A stretch of 64,000 nt of DNA from positions 160,001-224,000 of the forward strand of contig CAWGYD010000005.1 of the NCBI GenBank assembly GCA_963826785.1. Direction: 5' to 3'. The notes below the pieces were generated by a model. That model saw only the letters and a program-made list of their open reading frames with translations. It searched no databases and was not told where the DNA came from. The DNA comes from an uncultured delta proteobacterium (GTDB lineage Bacteria; Desulfobacterota; Desulfobacteria; Desulfobacterales; Desulfosalsimonadaceae). Below, one piece after another: positions 38,119 to 46,880 of the stretch; the first letter of the stretch is position 1, and each line of letters opens with the position of its first letter. Position numbers and translations under genes: made by a program.

Positions 38119-38182
38119 CCATTGTGCTGAAGCTGCGGGCACCCCTTTTGCCCGATTGGATGACTCCGCAACAGGATTGTCC

Positions 38183-38241
38183 GGCGAACCTGTCGGTTCA
38201 GCCGGCCTCGTCACCTTGGCCGGCTGAACTTTTCGTCGGGC
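38183..38241 (+). other. Terminal degenerate attC6
   Basis: R'' GGCGAAC; arms GTTCAGCCGGCC / GGCCGGCTGAAC; R' reads GTCGGGC instead of GTT. Confidence 0.65.
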
Positions 38242-38287
38242 TGCCTGTCCTCCGGTCATGAGGCCGGCGGAACATCAAGCAGGCCCA

Positions 38288-40165
38288 TCAGTAGCTTCCC
38301 AGCACCTTCAGGTAATCCGTTTTCTCCCGCAGGGCGTTTAACACCGGCGCAAGGGCATCCGAGTCCACATCCCCCTCCAGGTCGATGTAGAACATGTACT
38401 CCCAGGGTTTGCCGTGGATGGGCCGGGATTCGAGTTTGACCAGGTTGACCCCGTTGTCCGCAAAAATTTTAAGGGTGGCGAACAGTGACCCCGGCTTGTT
38501 GCCGGTGGAATAGATCAGGGAGGATTTGCGCTTCCCCCCGTTCTTGATCGATTGGGCGCCGATGACAACGAAGCGGGTGTAGTTCCTGGGGTTGGTCTCG
38601 ATTCCTTCTTTGATGATTTCCATGCCATAGGTGTCGGCCGCCTCTTTTCCGGCCAGGGCCGCATCGGTTCTACTTTCGCTTGCCTTGATCTGCTTGACCG
38701 CCCGGGCCGTGTCCGTGACCGAGATCAACTCCCATCCGGGATGGGTCTCCAGGTACTGCCGGCATTGCTGAAACACCTGGGGATGGGAAAAGACGCGCTT
38801 GATCTGTTCGGGTTTGGTGCCCGGGTGGCCGATCAGGTTGTGCTTGATGCGCAGCATGATCTCGCCGATGATCCGAAGATCGTATTCCAGCAGCAGGTCG
38901 TAGTTTTCATGGATGCTTCCGGCCAGTGAATTTTCCAGCGGCACCACCCCGAAATCGGCTTTTCCGGCCCGGACCGCCTCAAAAATGGACTTGAAGGAAT
39001 CCACCGGCAGGGGATCGACCTGTTCGCCGAAAAACTGGGTGCAGGCCTTGTGGCTGTAGCTGCCGATTTCCCCCAGAAATGCCGCCCGACGCGTGCCGCC
39101 CGCTCCTTCCTTTTTGAGGTTTTTCACTGCCCGGGCCTTGTCCAGGTACCCGAAATCGAGCTGCTTGTCCACCACCGGCGCGATCACGTAGATGTCGCGC
39201 ATCAGCTGACCGAACTGTTCCGGGTACAGGCTCTGGGCCCCGTCGGACATGGCATGGTCCGGATCGTTGTGCACCTCGATCATCAGGCCGTCGGCGCCGG
39301 CGGCCACGGCGGCCCGGGCCATGGGGCTGACCTTTTCCCGGCTGCCGGTGGCATGGCTGGGGTCGATGATCACCGGCAGGTGGGTGAGCTTTTTGATCAC
39401 CGGGATGGCGGACAGGTCCAGCGTGTTGCGGGTGTAGGGTTCGAAGGTCCGGATCCCCCGCTCGCACAGGATGACGTTTTCGTTGCCTTCGGACAGGATG
39501 TATTCGGCGGACATGAGCCACTCCTCGATGGTGGCGGCCAGCCCCCGCTTGAGCAGGACCGGCTTGCCCAGGCGGCCCACGCACTTGAGCAGGTCGAAAT
39601 TCTGCATGTTGCGGGCCCCCACCTGCACCACGTCGATGTACTTCATGATGAGATCCGCCTGGGCCGGGGAGGTGACTTCGGTGACGATGCGCAGCCCGTA
39701 GGTATCGCGCACTTCCGCCAGGATTTTCAGGCCCTCTTCGCCCATCCCCTGGAACGAATAGGGGGAGGTGCGGGGCTTGAAGGCGCCGCCCCTGAAGAAC
39801 ACCGCCCCGAATTTCCGGACTTCGGCGGCAATGGCCAGGCACTGGGCGCGGCTTTCCACCGCGCAGGGGCCGGCCATGACCACGAGCCGCTCACCCCCCA
39901 CCAGTACGTCGCCCACCTGGATTTTCGAATCCTCGGGATGCATCTGGCGGCTGACCAGCTTGAACGCGGTATTGACCGGCACCACTTTGGCCACCCCGGA
40001 AAGCTTCTCGAAGGTGGCAGGCTCCAGGCGCGTGCCGCCGGTGGCGCCGATGATCGCCTGGCCCGCGTCGGTGATTTCACGGAAGATGCTGCCGCCTTCC
40101 CGAAGGATGCTCAGGATCTGGTTTTTCTGTTTCTGGGTGATGTCCGGTTCAAGAACGATTAACAT
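38288..40165 (-). CDS. aroF: Bifunctional DAHP synthase (type I-beta) - prephenate dehydratase (with ACT)
   Basis: [27 protein letters not shown]; then GSYS, PLENS, SHPQ, NYTRF, KLESRP. Confidence 0.93.
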   Translation of the reverse strand: MLIVLEPDITQKQKNQILSILREGGSIFREITDAGQAIIGATGGTRLEPATFEKLSGVAKVVPVNTAFKLVSRQMHPEDSKIQVGDVLVGGERLVVMAGPCAVESRAQCLAIAAEVRKFGAVFFRGGAFKPRTSPYSFQGMGEEGLKILAEVRDTYGLRIVTEVTSPAQADLIMKYIDVVQVGARNMQNFDLLKCVGRLGKPVLLKRGLAATIEEWLMSAEYILSEGNENVILCERGIRTFEPYTRNTLDLSAIPVIKKLTHLPVIIDPSHATGSREKVSPMARAAVAAGADGLMIEVHNDPDHAMSDGAQSLYPEQFGQLMRDIYVIAPVVDKQLDFGYLDKARAVKNLKKEGAGGTRRAAFLGEIGSYSHKACTQFFGEQVDPLPVDSFKSIFEAVRAGKADFGVVPLENSLAGSIHENYDLLLEYDLRIIGEIMLRIKHNLIGHPGTKPEQIKRVFSHPQVFQQCRQYLETHPGWELISVTDTARAVKQIKASESRTDAALAGKEAADTYGMEIIKEGIETNPRNYTRFVVIGAQSIKNGGKRKSSLIYSTGNKPGSLFATLKIFADNGVNLVKLESRPIHGKPWEYMFYIDLEGDVDSDALAPVLNALREKTDYLKVLGSY

Positions 40166-40201
40166 GGCTGCCTCTCCCGTCTGTTGAGGGTAAAAAATAA
40201 A

Positions 40202-40231
40202 AAAAGCCCCGGGAACCTTCCCGGAGCTTTT
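40202..40231 (-). terminator. Second terminator-like hairpin in the aroF-pheA leader
   Basis: Minus strand AGCTCCGGGAA-GG-TTCCCGGGGCT followed by a T run. Confidence 0.6.
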
Positions 40232-40236
40232 AAAAT

Positions 40237-40275
40237 AAAAAACCCCGGGTGGACCGTTTGAAGTCCACCCGGGGT
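40237..40275 (-). terminator. Attenuator terminator
   Basis: Minus strand ACCCCGGGTGGAC-8 nt-GTCCACCCGGGGT followed by TTTTT. Confidence 0.85.
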
Positions 40276-40290
40276 GTATGTCTTTTGTGC

Positions 40291-40377
40291 TTAGACCACC
40301 GGATGGACGCTTCTAAAGCTGAAAAAGAAGCGCCAGGAATTAAATTTAAAATTGTTCGTCAGGGTTGTCGGTATCAA
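40291..40377 (-). CDS. Phe/Trp-rich leader peptide (28 aa)
   Basis: TTG start after GGTGA; MIPTTLTNNFKFNSWRFFFSFRSVHPVV; 3' end is complementary to the terminator 5' arm. Confidence 0.72.
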   Translation of the reverse strand: MIPTTLTNNFKFNSWRFFFSFRSVHPVV

Positions 40378-40634
40378 AATTTCACCATTTGAGTTTTCAA
40401 AAGAAGTAGGCGGTTGCCGGGGGCATGTCAAGTAAATTTTGACGGACTCGGCAAAAATCTGAATATTTGGCCAAGGGCGCAAAGACCGCAAAGATAAAAA
40501 TTGACCCGATACCGCAGGTGCTTGCTGAGCGGCGGCAAGTTTGCTATTGTCCCATCTTGTCGCCATATATTTGCCTGATCAAAACCAGACCGGTTCATTC
40601 ATGCGAATCGGACTAAACAAAGCGATCTGTGTTG

Positions 40635-42269
40635 ATGAATCCTGTTCTATCCATCGCCTGTTTTGTTACACCCCATGGTTTCGGCCACGCCGCCCGGGCA
40701 TCGGCGGTTATGGATGCGATATTCGCCCGTTGGCCGTTTGTCCGGTTTGAAATATTCACCACGGTGCCGGAATGGTTTTTCGGGCAATCGATTTCAGCCC
40801 CCTTCCATCATCACCCAATCCAAACCGACATCGGCCTGGTGCAGACTTCCCCGCTGGCTTTTGATCTTTCCGATACCGTAGATGCCCTCGACGCATTTTT
40901 GCCGTTTGCCGACGAGATGCTCGATCGACTGTGCGAAACCCTTATTCGTCAAAATTGCTCGATGGTCCTGTGCGATATTGCCCCCATGGGGATCGCTGCG
41001 GGAAAGCGGGCCGGGATTTCCACCGTGTTGGTTCAAAATTTCACCTGGGACTGGATCTATGAAAACTACCTGGATTTGGATCAGCGGCTTTATCCCCATA
41101 TTCAATACCTGAAAAACTGGTTTTTAAAAGCCGATCACCTGATCCAGACGCATCCGGAATGCGTGACCCGAAAAGATGCCGCCTCCGTTCCGCCCATATC
41201 CCGGAAACCCGGGCAGGCGCCGTCGGAGGTCCGGAAACGGCTGTTTCTCCGACCCGGGGATAAAATGGTGCTGATCACCATGGGGGGTGTTCCGGACAGT
41301 CCCGGATTCATGGAAAAGCTTGCGCAATATGGGGAAGGGGTGCATTTCATCGTTGCCGGCGATTTTCCGGATGCACCGAAAGAAGGGCTGCAAAAGGGGA
41401 ACCTGGTCCTGCTGCCCAGGGCCTCGAACTTTTACCACCCGGACCTGGTGGCCGCTTCGGACGCGGTGGTGGGCAAGATCGGATACGGCACCCTTGCCGA
41501 AGTCTATCAAGCCGGCGTGCCCTTCGGATATGTTCCCCGTCCCGATTTCAGGGAAACGCCTTACCTGTGCCGGTTTGCCCGGATGAACCTGCCGGGGCTG
41601 GAAATTGGTGCAGATGATTATCGAAGCGGAAGATGGCTCGATCAGCTGCCGGAACTGCTGTCGCTGCCCCGGGCGCCTGCCGACCGGGTAAACGGCGCGG
41701 ACATGGCCGCGGAATACATCTGCCGCACCCTGTCCTGCGAACTCGAGATTCTGGAGATCGTGGATGACGGCGGGTGCGTCATCGGGGCGGCGCCGCGAAA
41801 ACAGGTGCACGGCAATTGCGAATGGCTGCACCGGGTCGTGCATGTGCTGGTGTTTGATGACCGCGGACGGCTCCTGCTGCAGAAACGGTCCATGTCCAAG
41901 CGCGTGGCGCCGGGGAGATGGGATACCTCCGTGGGCGGGCACGTGGACTGCGGGGAAACCGTAAAAGAGGCACTGTTCCGGGAAACGGCCGAGGAACTGG
42001 GCATCTTGCCGGACAACCCCCGGTTTATCTACCAGTACATTCATGCCAATGCATTTGAATCCGAGCTGGTGTATACTTATGTGTGCACCCATGACGGCGC
42101 AGTTTCATTCAATCCCGAGGAGATCGACGCGGTGAAATTCTGGGAAAACAGCGAAATCCAATCTGCTCTGGGCAAAGGGATTCTCAGCGACAATTTCGAG
42201 GACGAGTACCGGCGGTACCTGCAGTGGGCCGGGTCAAACGGCCACAGCGAAGGCCGCTTCGATGAATAG
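40635..42269 (+). CDS. GT-B glycosyltransferase-like domain (L-arabinokinase N-terminal type) fused to a Nudix (IDI/YfcD-like) domain
   Basis: TPHGFGHAAR, DIGLVQ, NFTWDWIY, VGKIGYGT; then HRVVHVLVFD..LLLQKRS..WDTSVGGHV and Nudix box GET..ALFRETAEELG. Confidence 0.8.
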   Translation: MNPVLSIACFVTPHGFGHAARASAVMDAIFARWPFVRFEIFTTVPEWFFGQSISAPFHHHPIQTDIGLVQTSPLAFDLSDTVDALDAFLPFADEMLDRLCETLIRQNCSMVLCDIAPMGIAAGKRAGISTVLVQNFTWDWIYENYLDLDQRLYPHIQYLKNWFLKADHLIQTHPECVTRKDAASVPPISRKPGQAPSEVRKRLFLRPGDKMVLITMGGVPDSPGFMEKLAQYGEGVHFIVAGDFPDAPKEGLQKGNLVLLPRASNFYHPDLVAASDAVVGKIGYGTLAEVYQAGVPFGYVPRPDFRETPYLCRFARMNLPGLEIGADDYRSGRWLDQLPELLSLPRAPADRVNGADMAAEYICRTLSCELEILEIVDDGGCVIGAAPRKQVHGNCEWLHRVVHVLVFDDRGRLLLQKRSMSKRVAPGRWDTSVGGHVDCGETVKEALFRETAEELGILPDNPRFIYQYIHANAFESELVYTYVCTHDGAVSFNPEEIDAVKFWENSEIQSALGKGILSDNFEDEYRRYLQWAGSNGHSEGRFDE

Positions 42270-43101
42270 CCGCATGGAATCTTATATCATTGCCGAAGAG
42301 CCGTTTTACCTGCCCATCAACGATGAGGTGGAGATTTTTTCAGCGGCCTTTCAGACGCGCACGCCGGTGCTCCTCAAGGGGCCCACCGGAACCGGCAAGA
42401 CCCGCTTTGTGGAGTACATGGCCCATCGGCTGGGAAAGGCGCAGGCCGAAAATGAACCCGACCGATTCCTCCCGCTGGTCACCATCGCCTGCCACGAAGA
42501 CCTGACCGCCACCGACCTGGTGGGCAAATACCTGCTCATCAGCGATGAAACGGTCTGGGTGGACGGACCATTGACCCGGGTGGTGAAGAGCGGCGGCATC
42601 TGCTACCTGGACGAAATCGTGGAGGCCCGCAAGGACACCACGGTCATCATCCATTCCCTGACCGATCACCGCCGCATCCTTCCCATCGACAAGACCGGAC
42701 AGATCATCACCGCACATCCCCGCTTCTTCCTGGTCATATCCTACAATCCCGGGTACCAGAGCATCATCAAGGATTTGAAGCCCAGCACGCGCCAGCGGTT
42801 CGTCTCCATTGAATTTTCCTTTCCGGACAGGAAAAAGGAGGCGCTGATCATCGCCCGTGAAGCCGGGGTGGACCCGCAGCTGGCCGATGGACTTGCCCTG
42901 CTGGGCGAAAAAGTCCGGAACATGAAGGGATATGCGCTGAAAGAGGGGGCCGGCACCCGCCTGCTGGTGTATGCCGCCCGGCTGATTCAGCAGGGGATCG
43001 GCAGACGGCGCGCCTGCGAAATTGCGGTGATGAATGCCTTAAGCGATGATGCCGAGGTGCAGCGGGCCATATCGGAGGTCATCAGCACCATTTTCACCTA
43101 G
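42262..43101 (+). CDS. CbbQ/NirQ/NorQ/GpvN family AAA+ ATPase
   Basis: LLKGPTGTGKTRFVEYMA, CHEDL, CYLDEIVEAR, SYNPGYQ, KPSTRQRF. Confidence 0.93.
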   Translation: MNSRMESYIIAEEPFYLPINDEVEIFSAAFQTRTPVLLKGPTGTGKTRFVEYMAHRLGKAQAENEPDRFLPLVTIACHEDLTATDLVGKYLLISDETVWVDGPLTRVVKSGGICYLDEIVEARKDTTVIIHSLTDHRRILPIDKTGQIITAHPRFFLVISYNPGYQSIIKDLKPSTRQRFVSIEFSFPDRKKEALIIAREAGVDPQLADGLALLGEKVRNMKGYALKEGAGTRLLVYAARLIQQGIGRRRACEIAVMNALSDDAEVQRAISEVISTIFT

Positions 43102-43161
43102 TGCCCGGACATCGCACAAAAATATTTGCAAAACTCTTTTATGAATCCTTACAGATATCAA

Positions 43162-43244
43162 GCTTTTGTCATTCCGGCGGAGGCCGGAATCTACTACAAA
43201 CTAAGTTGGTTATAGACTCCGATTTTCACCGGAGTGACGAACTT
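43162..43244 (-). repeat. Internal REP-pair core of the MITE, inverted and without its terminal inverted repeats
   Basis: 83 bp, reverse complement of the core of 48773-48904 with 2 mismatches. Confidence 0.85.
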
Positions 43245-43252
43245 CACATTTT

Positions 43253-45907
43253 ATGTCTGAACCATTGAACACATGGAGCGATCTGCTTCTTCTGCTGCGG
43301 GAGAAGATACCCGGCATCCCGGGTGATGTCCTCTCCTATGTGCAGCATCTTCAAAAGGCTGCGGATACGCATTCCGCCGGCCGGTGGGCCGATCACATCC
43401 GCACCGCCCTGATGGGGTTGTCCAAAGACGAATGGCCTATGTGGCTGAGCGTCGGGAAAAACCTGTCCGCACAATCCGCAACGGCCGAAGCGCAATTTTT
43501 TTCCTCGGACCCGGAGCCGTTTGCACGTCTTTTAAAACCCGACCGCCGGATTTGTCTTTCCATTCTTGCGCACCTCTCCATCCGGGATGCTTCCGCGGCG
43601 CAGGCATTCTATGACAATGCGCTGGCGCACCTGGGCCGGGTTCATCCGGATATCCGGGCGGATCTGCTGGAATTTTCCCGGTCCCTGCCCGGCAGTACCG
43701 GGGTGAGTGTGGATCGGGTGTTTTCCATCCTTCTTCACGCATTTGCGGACCAGACTTTGCGCCGGCAGGAAATCGCCATGCGGCAAGCCCATAAAATCGC
43801 GAAGCGCAGCCCGGAAGCGGTCCTGCGCTTCTTTATGAATCTGCCCGGAAAGCTGTCGGCCATGGAGGAAAATTCGTTTATCCACTGGGTGGAAAACGGC
43901 CTGGCGCTCACTGCCGGAGACGACGCCGGGTGCATCGGCTATTTTGGATTGACCACTTCCCAGGCCGCAGAAGCCCTCAGCTGCCATGAAAATGCGGTCT
44001 GGCTGGAGGAGGTAAAGGATGTCCTGTCCCTTTACGCCCGCGCCCTGAGCGGAAAAGACATCCGGTTTAAAGGCGATGCATCGCCTCATGCCGAAGATGC
44101 CATACATCCCGAAAATGACGGCTATGTGTTTGAACTTCCCCCGTGTATTGCGGAAACGGCGGACAATGAAGCCAATTTCCGGTTTTACAAGGTCAAAACC
44201 GCCCGCCTGGCCGGTTACATCGAGTTTGGTGATTATGAAAACGGGATTTTAGAGATCATTGAAAAGCTGGACCGCCTGAAGGCCGCCCCCCTGGCCCGCT
44301 CGATTTTCACCATTATCGAAAATGCCCGCATCGATCTGCTGCTGATGCGGCATTATCCCGGAATCAGAAAAGACATCCACACCGTTCGCGATCAGACACT
44401 GGGCCAGCGGCCGGATGTTTCCACCCTGGGCGCGGCATCCGCAATGCTTGAAATCATCTACCGGATATCCATCAACCGATTTAAAAGCAGTATGGCGCCT
44501 GAAGGGATTGTCGATTTTTCCGCCCAGGCCCGGAAGATCATCACCCCCTTTCTGGGCCAAACGCCCGGATTGTGGGATAGCTATGGGGTCACGCTCCAGC
44601 TTTACGAGTGCATCCGGCGTTTGTTGACCGGCGGGCAAAAAGTATTGCCGGAAGGGCCGATTCCACCGGATCTGCCGCAGGGGGAGGGCGCGGCAGCTGT
44701 TTCCGGGGGAAATCAGGTTTCGGAATCGGAAGAAGAAGCAGCAGGGGAAATGGATCCGGATATGCTGATGGGTATCGAGGCATTTCCGGACCAGCTGGAA
44801 AACTGGGAAAAACTGGCCGTTCACAGCATCCAGGGCAGCGGCAACGATCCTGCCGGGCAGTATGTCACAGACCTGATGGACCTGGACAATGCATCTTCTG
44901 GTGATGATCCGGCGCTTCGGCCCGGGGCCGCTGCTGCGCCCCGATCTCCCAGCGGCGCCGCCCGGGAAGAATCCGTCTATGTGTATGATGAATGGGATTT
45001 TGAGCGCAAGGGGTTTCGCCGGCAATGGTGCCGGCTGGTGGAAAAGCCGGCACCGCCCAGGGACTCCTGCCGGTTGAACCGGGTATTAAACGAGTACGCG
45101 TACCTGATCCGGGAGGTGAAGTCCCAGTTTCAGCGGATCCGTCCCAGGGTTTTTGATATTGTCCGGCATGCGGATGCCGGGGATGAATTCAATGTAGATG
45201 CGCTGGTGAACGCCATGGTGGATAAAAAGGCCGGGCAGGCGCCAGATGATGCGGTTTACATACGCAAACAGCGGCGAAAGCAGTCGGTCCGCCTGGTGTT
45301 TCTGGTGGACATGAGCGCGTCAACGGATGACCGGGCGAAGCTGCTCGATATGGACAAGAGCGCCGGCCAGGCGGAAAAGCGGATCATCGACATTGAAATC
45401 GAAAGCCTCATCATCATGAGCGAAGCCCTGGAAGGGCTCGATTTCAGCTATGCCGTCTATGGCTTTTCCGGCTATGGCCGCCAGTCGGTGGAGGTCTACC
45501 GCATCAAGGATTTTGATGATGATGATAAATTGGAAATTCAGCAGCGCATCTGCGGCATCACGCCCCTTCGCGGGACCCGGATGGGAACCGCCGTCCGTCA
45601 TGCGATCCGCAAATTCGAGGATGCGGATGATGAACTCAAAATCCTGCTGCTGTTAAGTGACGGCTACCCCCAGGATGTCGATTACGGCGAAGACCGGCGA
45701 TCCGGAGAATACGGACTGCATGACACCATGATGGCCATCCAGGAAGCAAAAATTAAAGGGATTCAGCCCTTTTGCATCACCTTCAATCACAGCGGCACCG
45801 ATTACCTGAAAGTCATGCAGGATCCCACCCGTTACCTGGCCCTGATCGACACCTACATGCTTCCCAAAATGCTCCCCCGCGTGGTGGAATCCCTCATGGT
45901 GGATTGA
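43253..45907 (+). CDS. NorD/CbbO-like VWA-domain adaptor protein
   Basis: YDEWD, MIDAS DMSAS, TRMGTAVRHA, LSDGYPQDVDY. Confidence 0.9.
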   Translation: MSEPLNTWSDLLLLLREKIPGIPGDVLSYVQHLQKAADTHSAGRWADHIRTALMGLSKDEWPMWLSVGKNLSAQSATAEAQFFSSDPEPFARLLKPDRRICLSILAHLSIRDASAAQAFYDNALAHLGRVHPDIRADLLEFSRSLPGSTGVSVDRVFSILLHAFADQTLRRQEIAMRQAHKIAKRSPEAVLRFFMNLPGKLSAMEENSFIHWVENGLALTAGDDAGCIGYFGLTTSQAAEALSCHENAVWLEEVKDVLSLYARALSGKDIRFKGDASPHAEDAIHPENDGYVFELPPCIAETADNEANFRFYKVKTARLAGYIEFGDYENGILEIIEKLDRLKAAPLARSIFTIIENARIDLLLMRHYPGIRKDIHTVRDQTLGQRPDVSTLGAASAMLEIIYRISINRFKSSMAPEGIVDFSAQARKIITPFLGQTPGLWDSYGVTLQLYECIRRLLTGGQKVLPEGPIPPDLPQGEGAAAVSGGNQVSESEEEAAGEMDPDMLMGIEAFPDQLENWEKLAVHSIQGSGNDPAGQYVTDLMDLDNASSGDDPALRPGAAAAPRSPSGAAREESVYVYDEWDFERKGFRRQWCRLVEKPAPPRDSCRLNRVLNEYAYLIREVKSQFQRIRPRVFDIVRHADAGDEFNVDALVNAMVDKKAGQAPDDAVYIRKQRRKQSVRLVFLVDMSASTDDRAKLLDMDKSAGQAEKRIIDIEIESLIIMSEALEGLDFSYAVYGFSGYGRQSVEVYRIKDFDDDDKLEIQQRICGITPLRGTRMGTAVRHAIRKFEDADDELKILLLLSDGYPQDVDYGEDRRSGEYGLHDTMMAIQEAKIKGIQPFCITFNHSGTDYLKVMQDPTRYLALIDTYMLPKMLPRVVESLMVD

Positions 45908-46054
45908 ATTCCACGCGGTCACGTGCTTTGTAAACGCAAAAGGGATTACCCGCAATCTTTGACAAATGCGGGTTTCATTCATACTTTAATACTAAATTGT
46001 TGCCGTCTGGGCAGAACCTGCGGCCATTATTCACCTGAAAACAGGGAGGTCCAC

Positions 46055-46303
46055 ATGTATGATAAACAGAAATTATGCGACAAGATCAGGGAAATCTATC
46101 CGGATGTCGGTGAATGCGGCATAGACGTGCAGGTTGAATATGATGAACCGCAGAAATCCTGGGTAGTGAATTTGAAAAAAGACAAGCACCACTTAAAGAC
46201 CTACCTTGAACCCGGGGATGCGGATGCCTGCATGTCCGGCAAGCAGTGCGTGGCCCTCGGGATTGAAATCGCCCAGTTGAGGGATAACGTCCAGCGGCGT
46301 TGA
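46055..46303 (+). CDS. Small Cys-containing hypothetical protein (82 aa)
   Basis: GGAGGT RBS; followed by a terminator. Confidence 0.8.
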   Translation: MYDKQKLCDKIREIYPDVGECGIDVQVEYDEPQKSWVVNLKKDKHHLKTYLEPGDADACMSGKQCVALGIEIAQLRDNVQRR

Positions 46304-46338
46304 GCCGGACGGAAAATTCCAGTCACTTAATCGAATAT

Positions 46339-46379
46339 AAAAAGCCCGGCCTGTCGCTCTTGACAGGCCGGGCTTTTTT
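46339..46379. terminator. Bidirectional intrinsic terminator
   Basis: AAAAAGCCCGGCCTGTC-GCTCTT-GACAGGCCGGGCTTTTT. Confidence 0.9.
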
Positions 46380-46493
46380 ATGCTGAAAAGTGGAGGAAAG
46401 AGAAGGAGGGGAAGCGCCGGGGAGGGGAGGGGGGCCCGGCGCTTCCCCTTTCTCTTTAGAGAGAGCCGATATCGGCTCTTTTGTTCTCTGCAC
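46339..46493 (-). ncRNA. Candidate sigma54-dependent small RNA (~155 nt)
   Basis: Bounded by a -24/-12 promoter and a terminator; three hairpins, C-rich loop; no RBS-led ORF. Confidence 0.55.
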
Positions 46494-46503
46494 TATTAAT
46501 AAA

Positions 46504-46518
46504 GCATTATTGATGCCA
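46504..46518 (-). promoter_or_regulatory. Sigma54 -24/-12 promoter
   Basis: Minus strand TGGCATCAATAATGC, with GG and GC at canonical spacing. Confidence 0.7.
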
Positions 46519-46728
46519 GTTTTTATTTTTATCTCTAAAAAAATGAATTTTTTTTAAAAAAGATGCCAATCGGTGCGTTAGAAAATCCGCATAATTGAAT
46601 TTTACGGATTTTCAGAAAGTTATATGTTGTCGCGTGACTTTTGCCACCCCGGTCGCTTTGTCATTTTTCCTTCAAATCTCCCGATCAGGGAGCGAAACCC
46701 CCATGAACTGATTTTAAATGAGCGGTTT

Positions 46729-46766
46729 GAGTATTTATTTGTATACATGTGTATTTAAAAAAACAC
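46729..46766. promoter_or_regulatory. Candidate enhancer (UAS) for the sigma54 promoter
   Basis: GTGT-N10-ACAC at 46749-46766 with a degenerate neighbour GAGT-N10-ATAC, ~260 bp upstream of the predicted start. Confidence 0.4.
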
Positions 46767-46880
46767 TTTTTGGGCCGAAATGCAAGCAGCCGGAATTCAC
46801 CAATCACCAAAGCATCTATGATAAATCAGGGGCAAAACAATTGAATTGCCGGAAAGGGGCCGGGCTGAAAGGTGCGCAGG

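Larger units (their letters stand above)
29162..38241 (+). mobile_element. Integron (integrase co-oriented with cassettes) with six gene cassettes
   Basis: intI, attI core and successive attC sites whose R'' boxes complement the GTT core at the start of each cassette; AT-rich cassette genes. Confidence 0.92.

Noticed and set aside
42262..45907. Evidence for denitrification or Calvin cycle
   Set aside because: No norBC, nirS or Rubisco genes in the window; family membership alone does not give the pathway
46381..46440. Plus-strand CsrB-like GGA-repeat RNA
   Set aside because: It lies just after a terminator with no visible plus-strand promoter, and most GGA motifs are not in separate small loops; the minus-strand reading fits better
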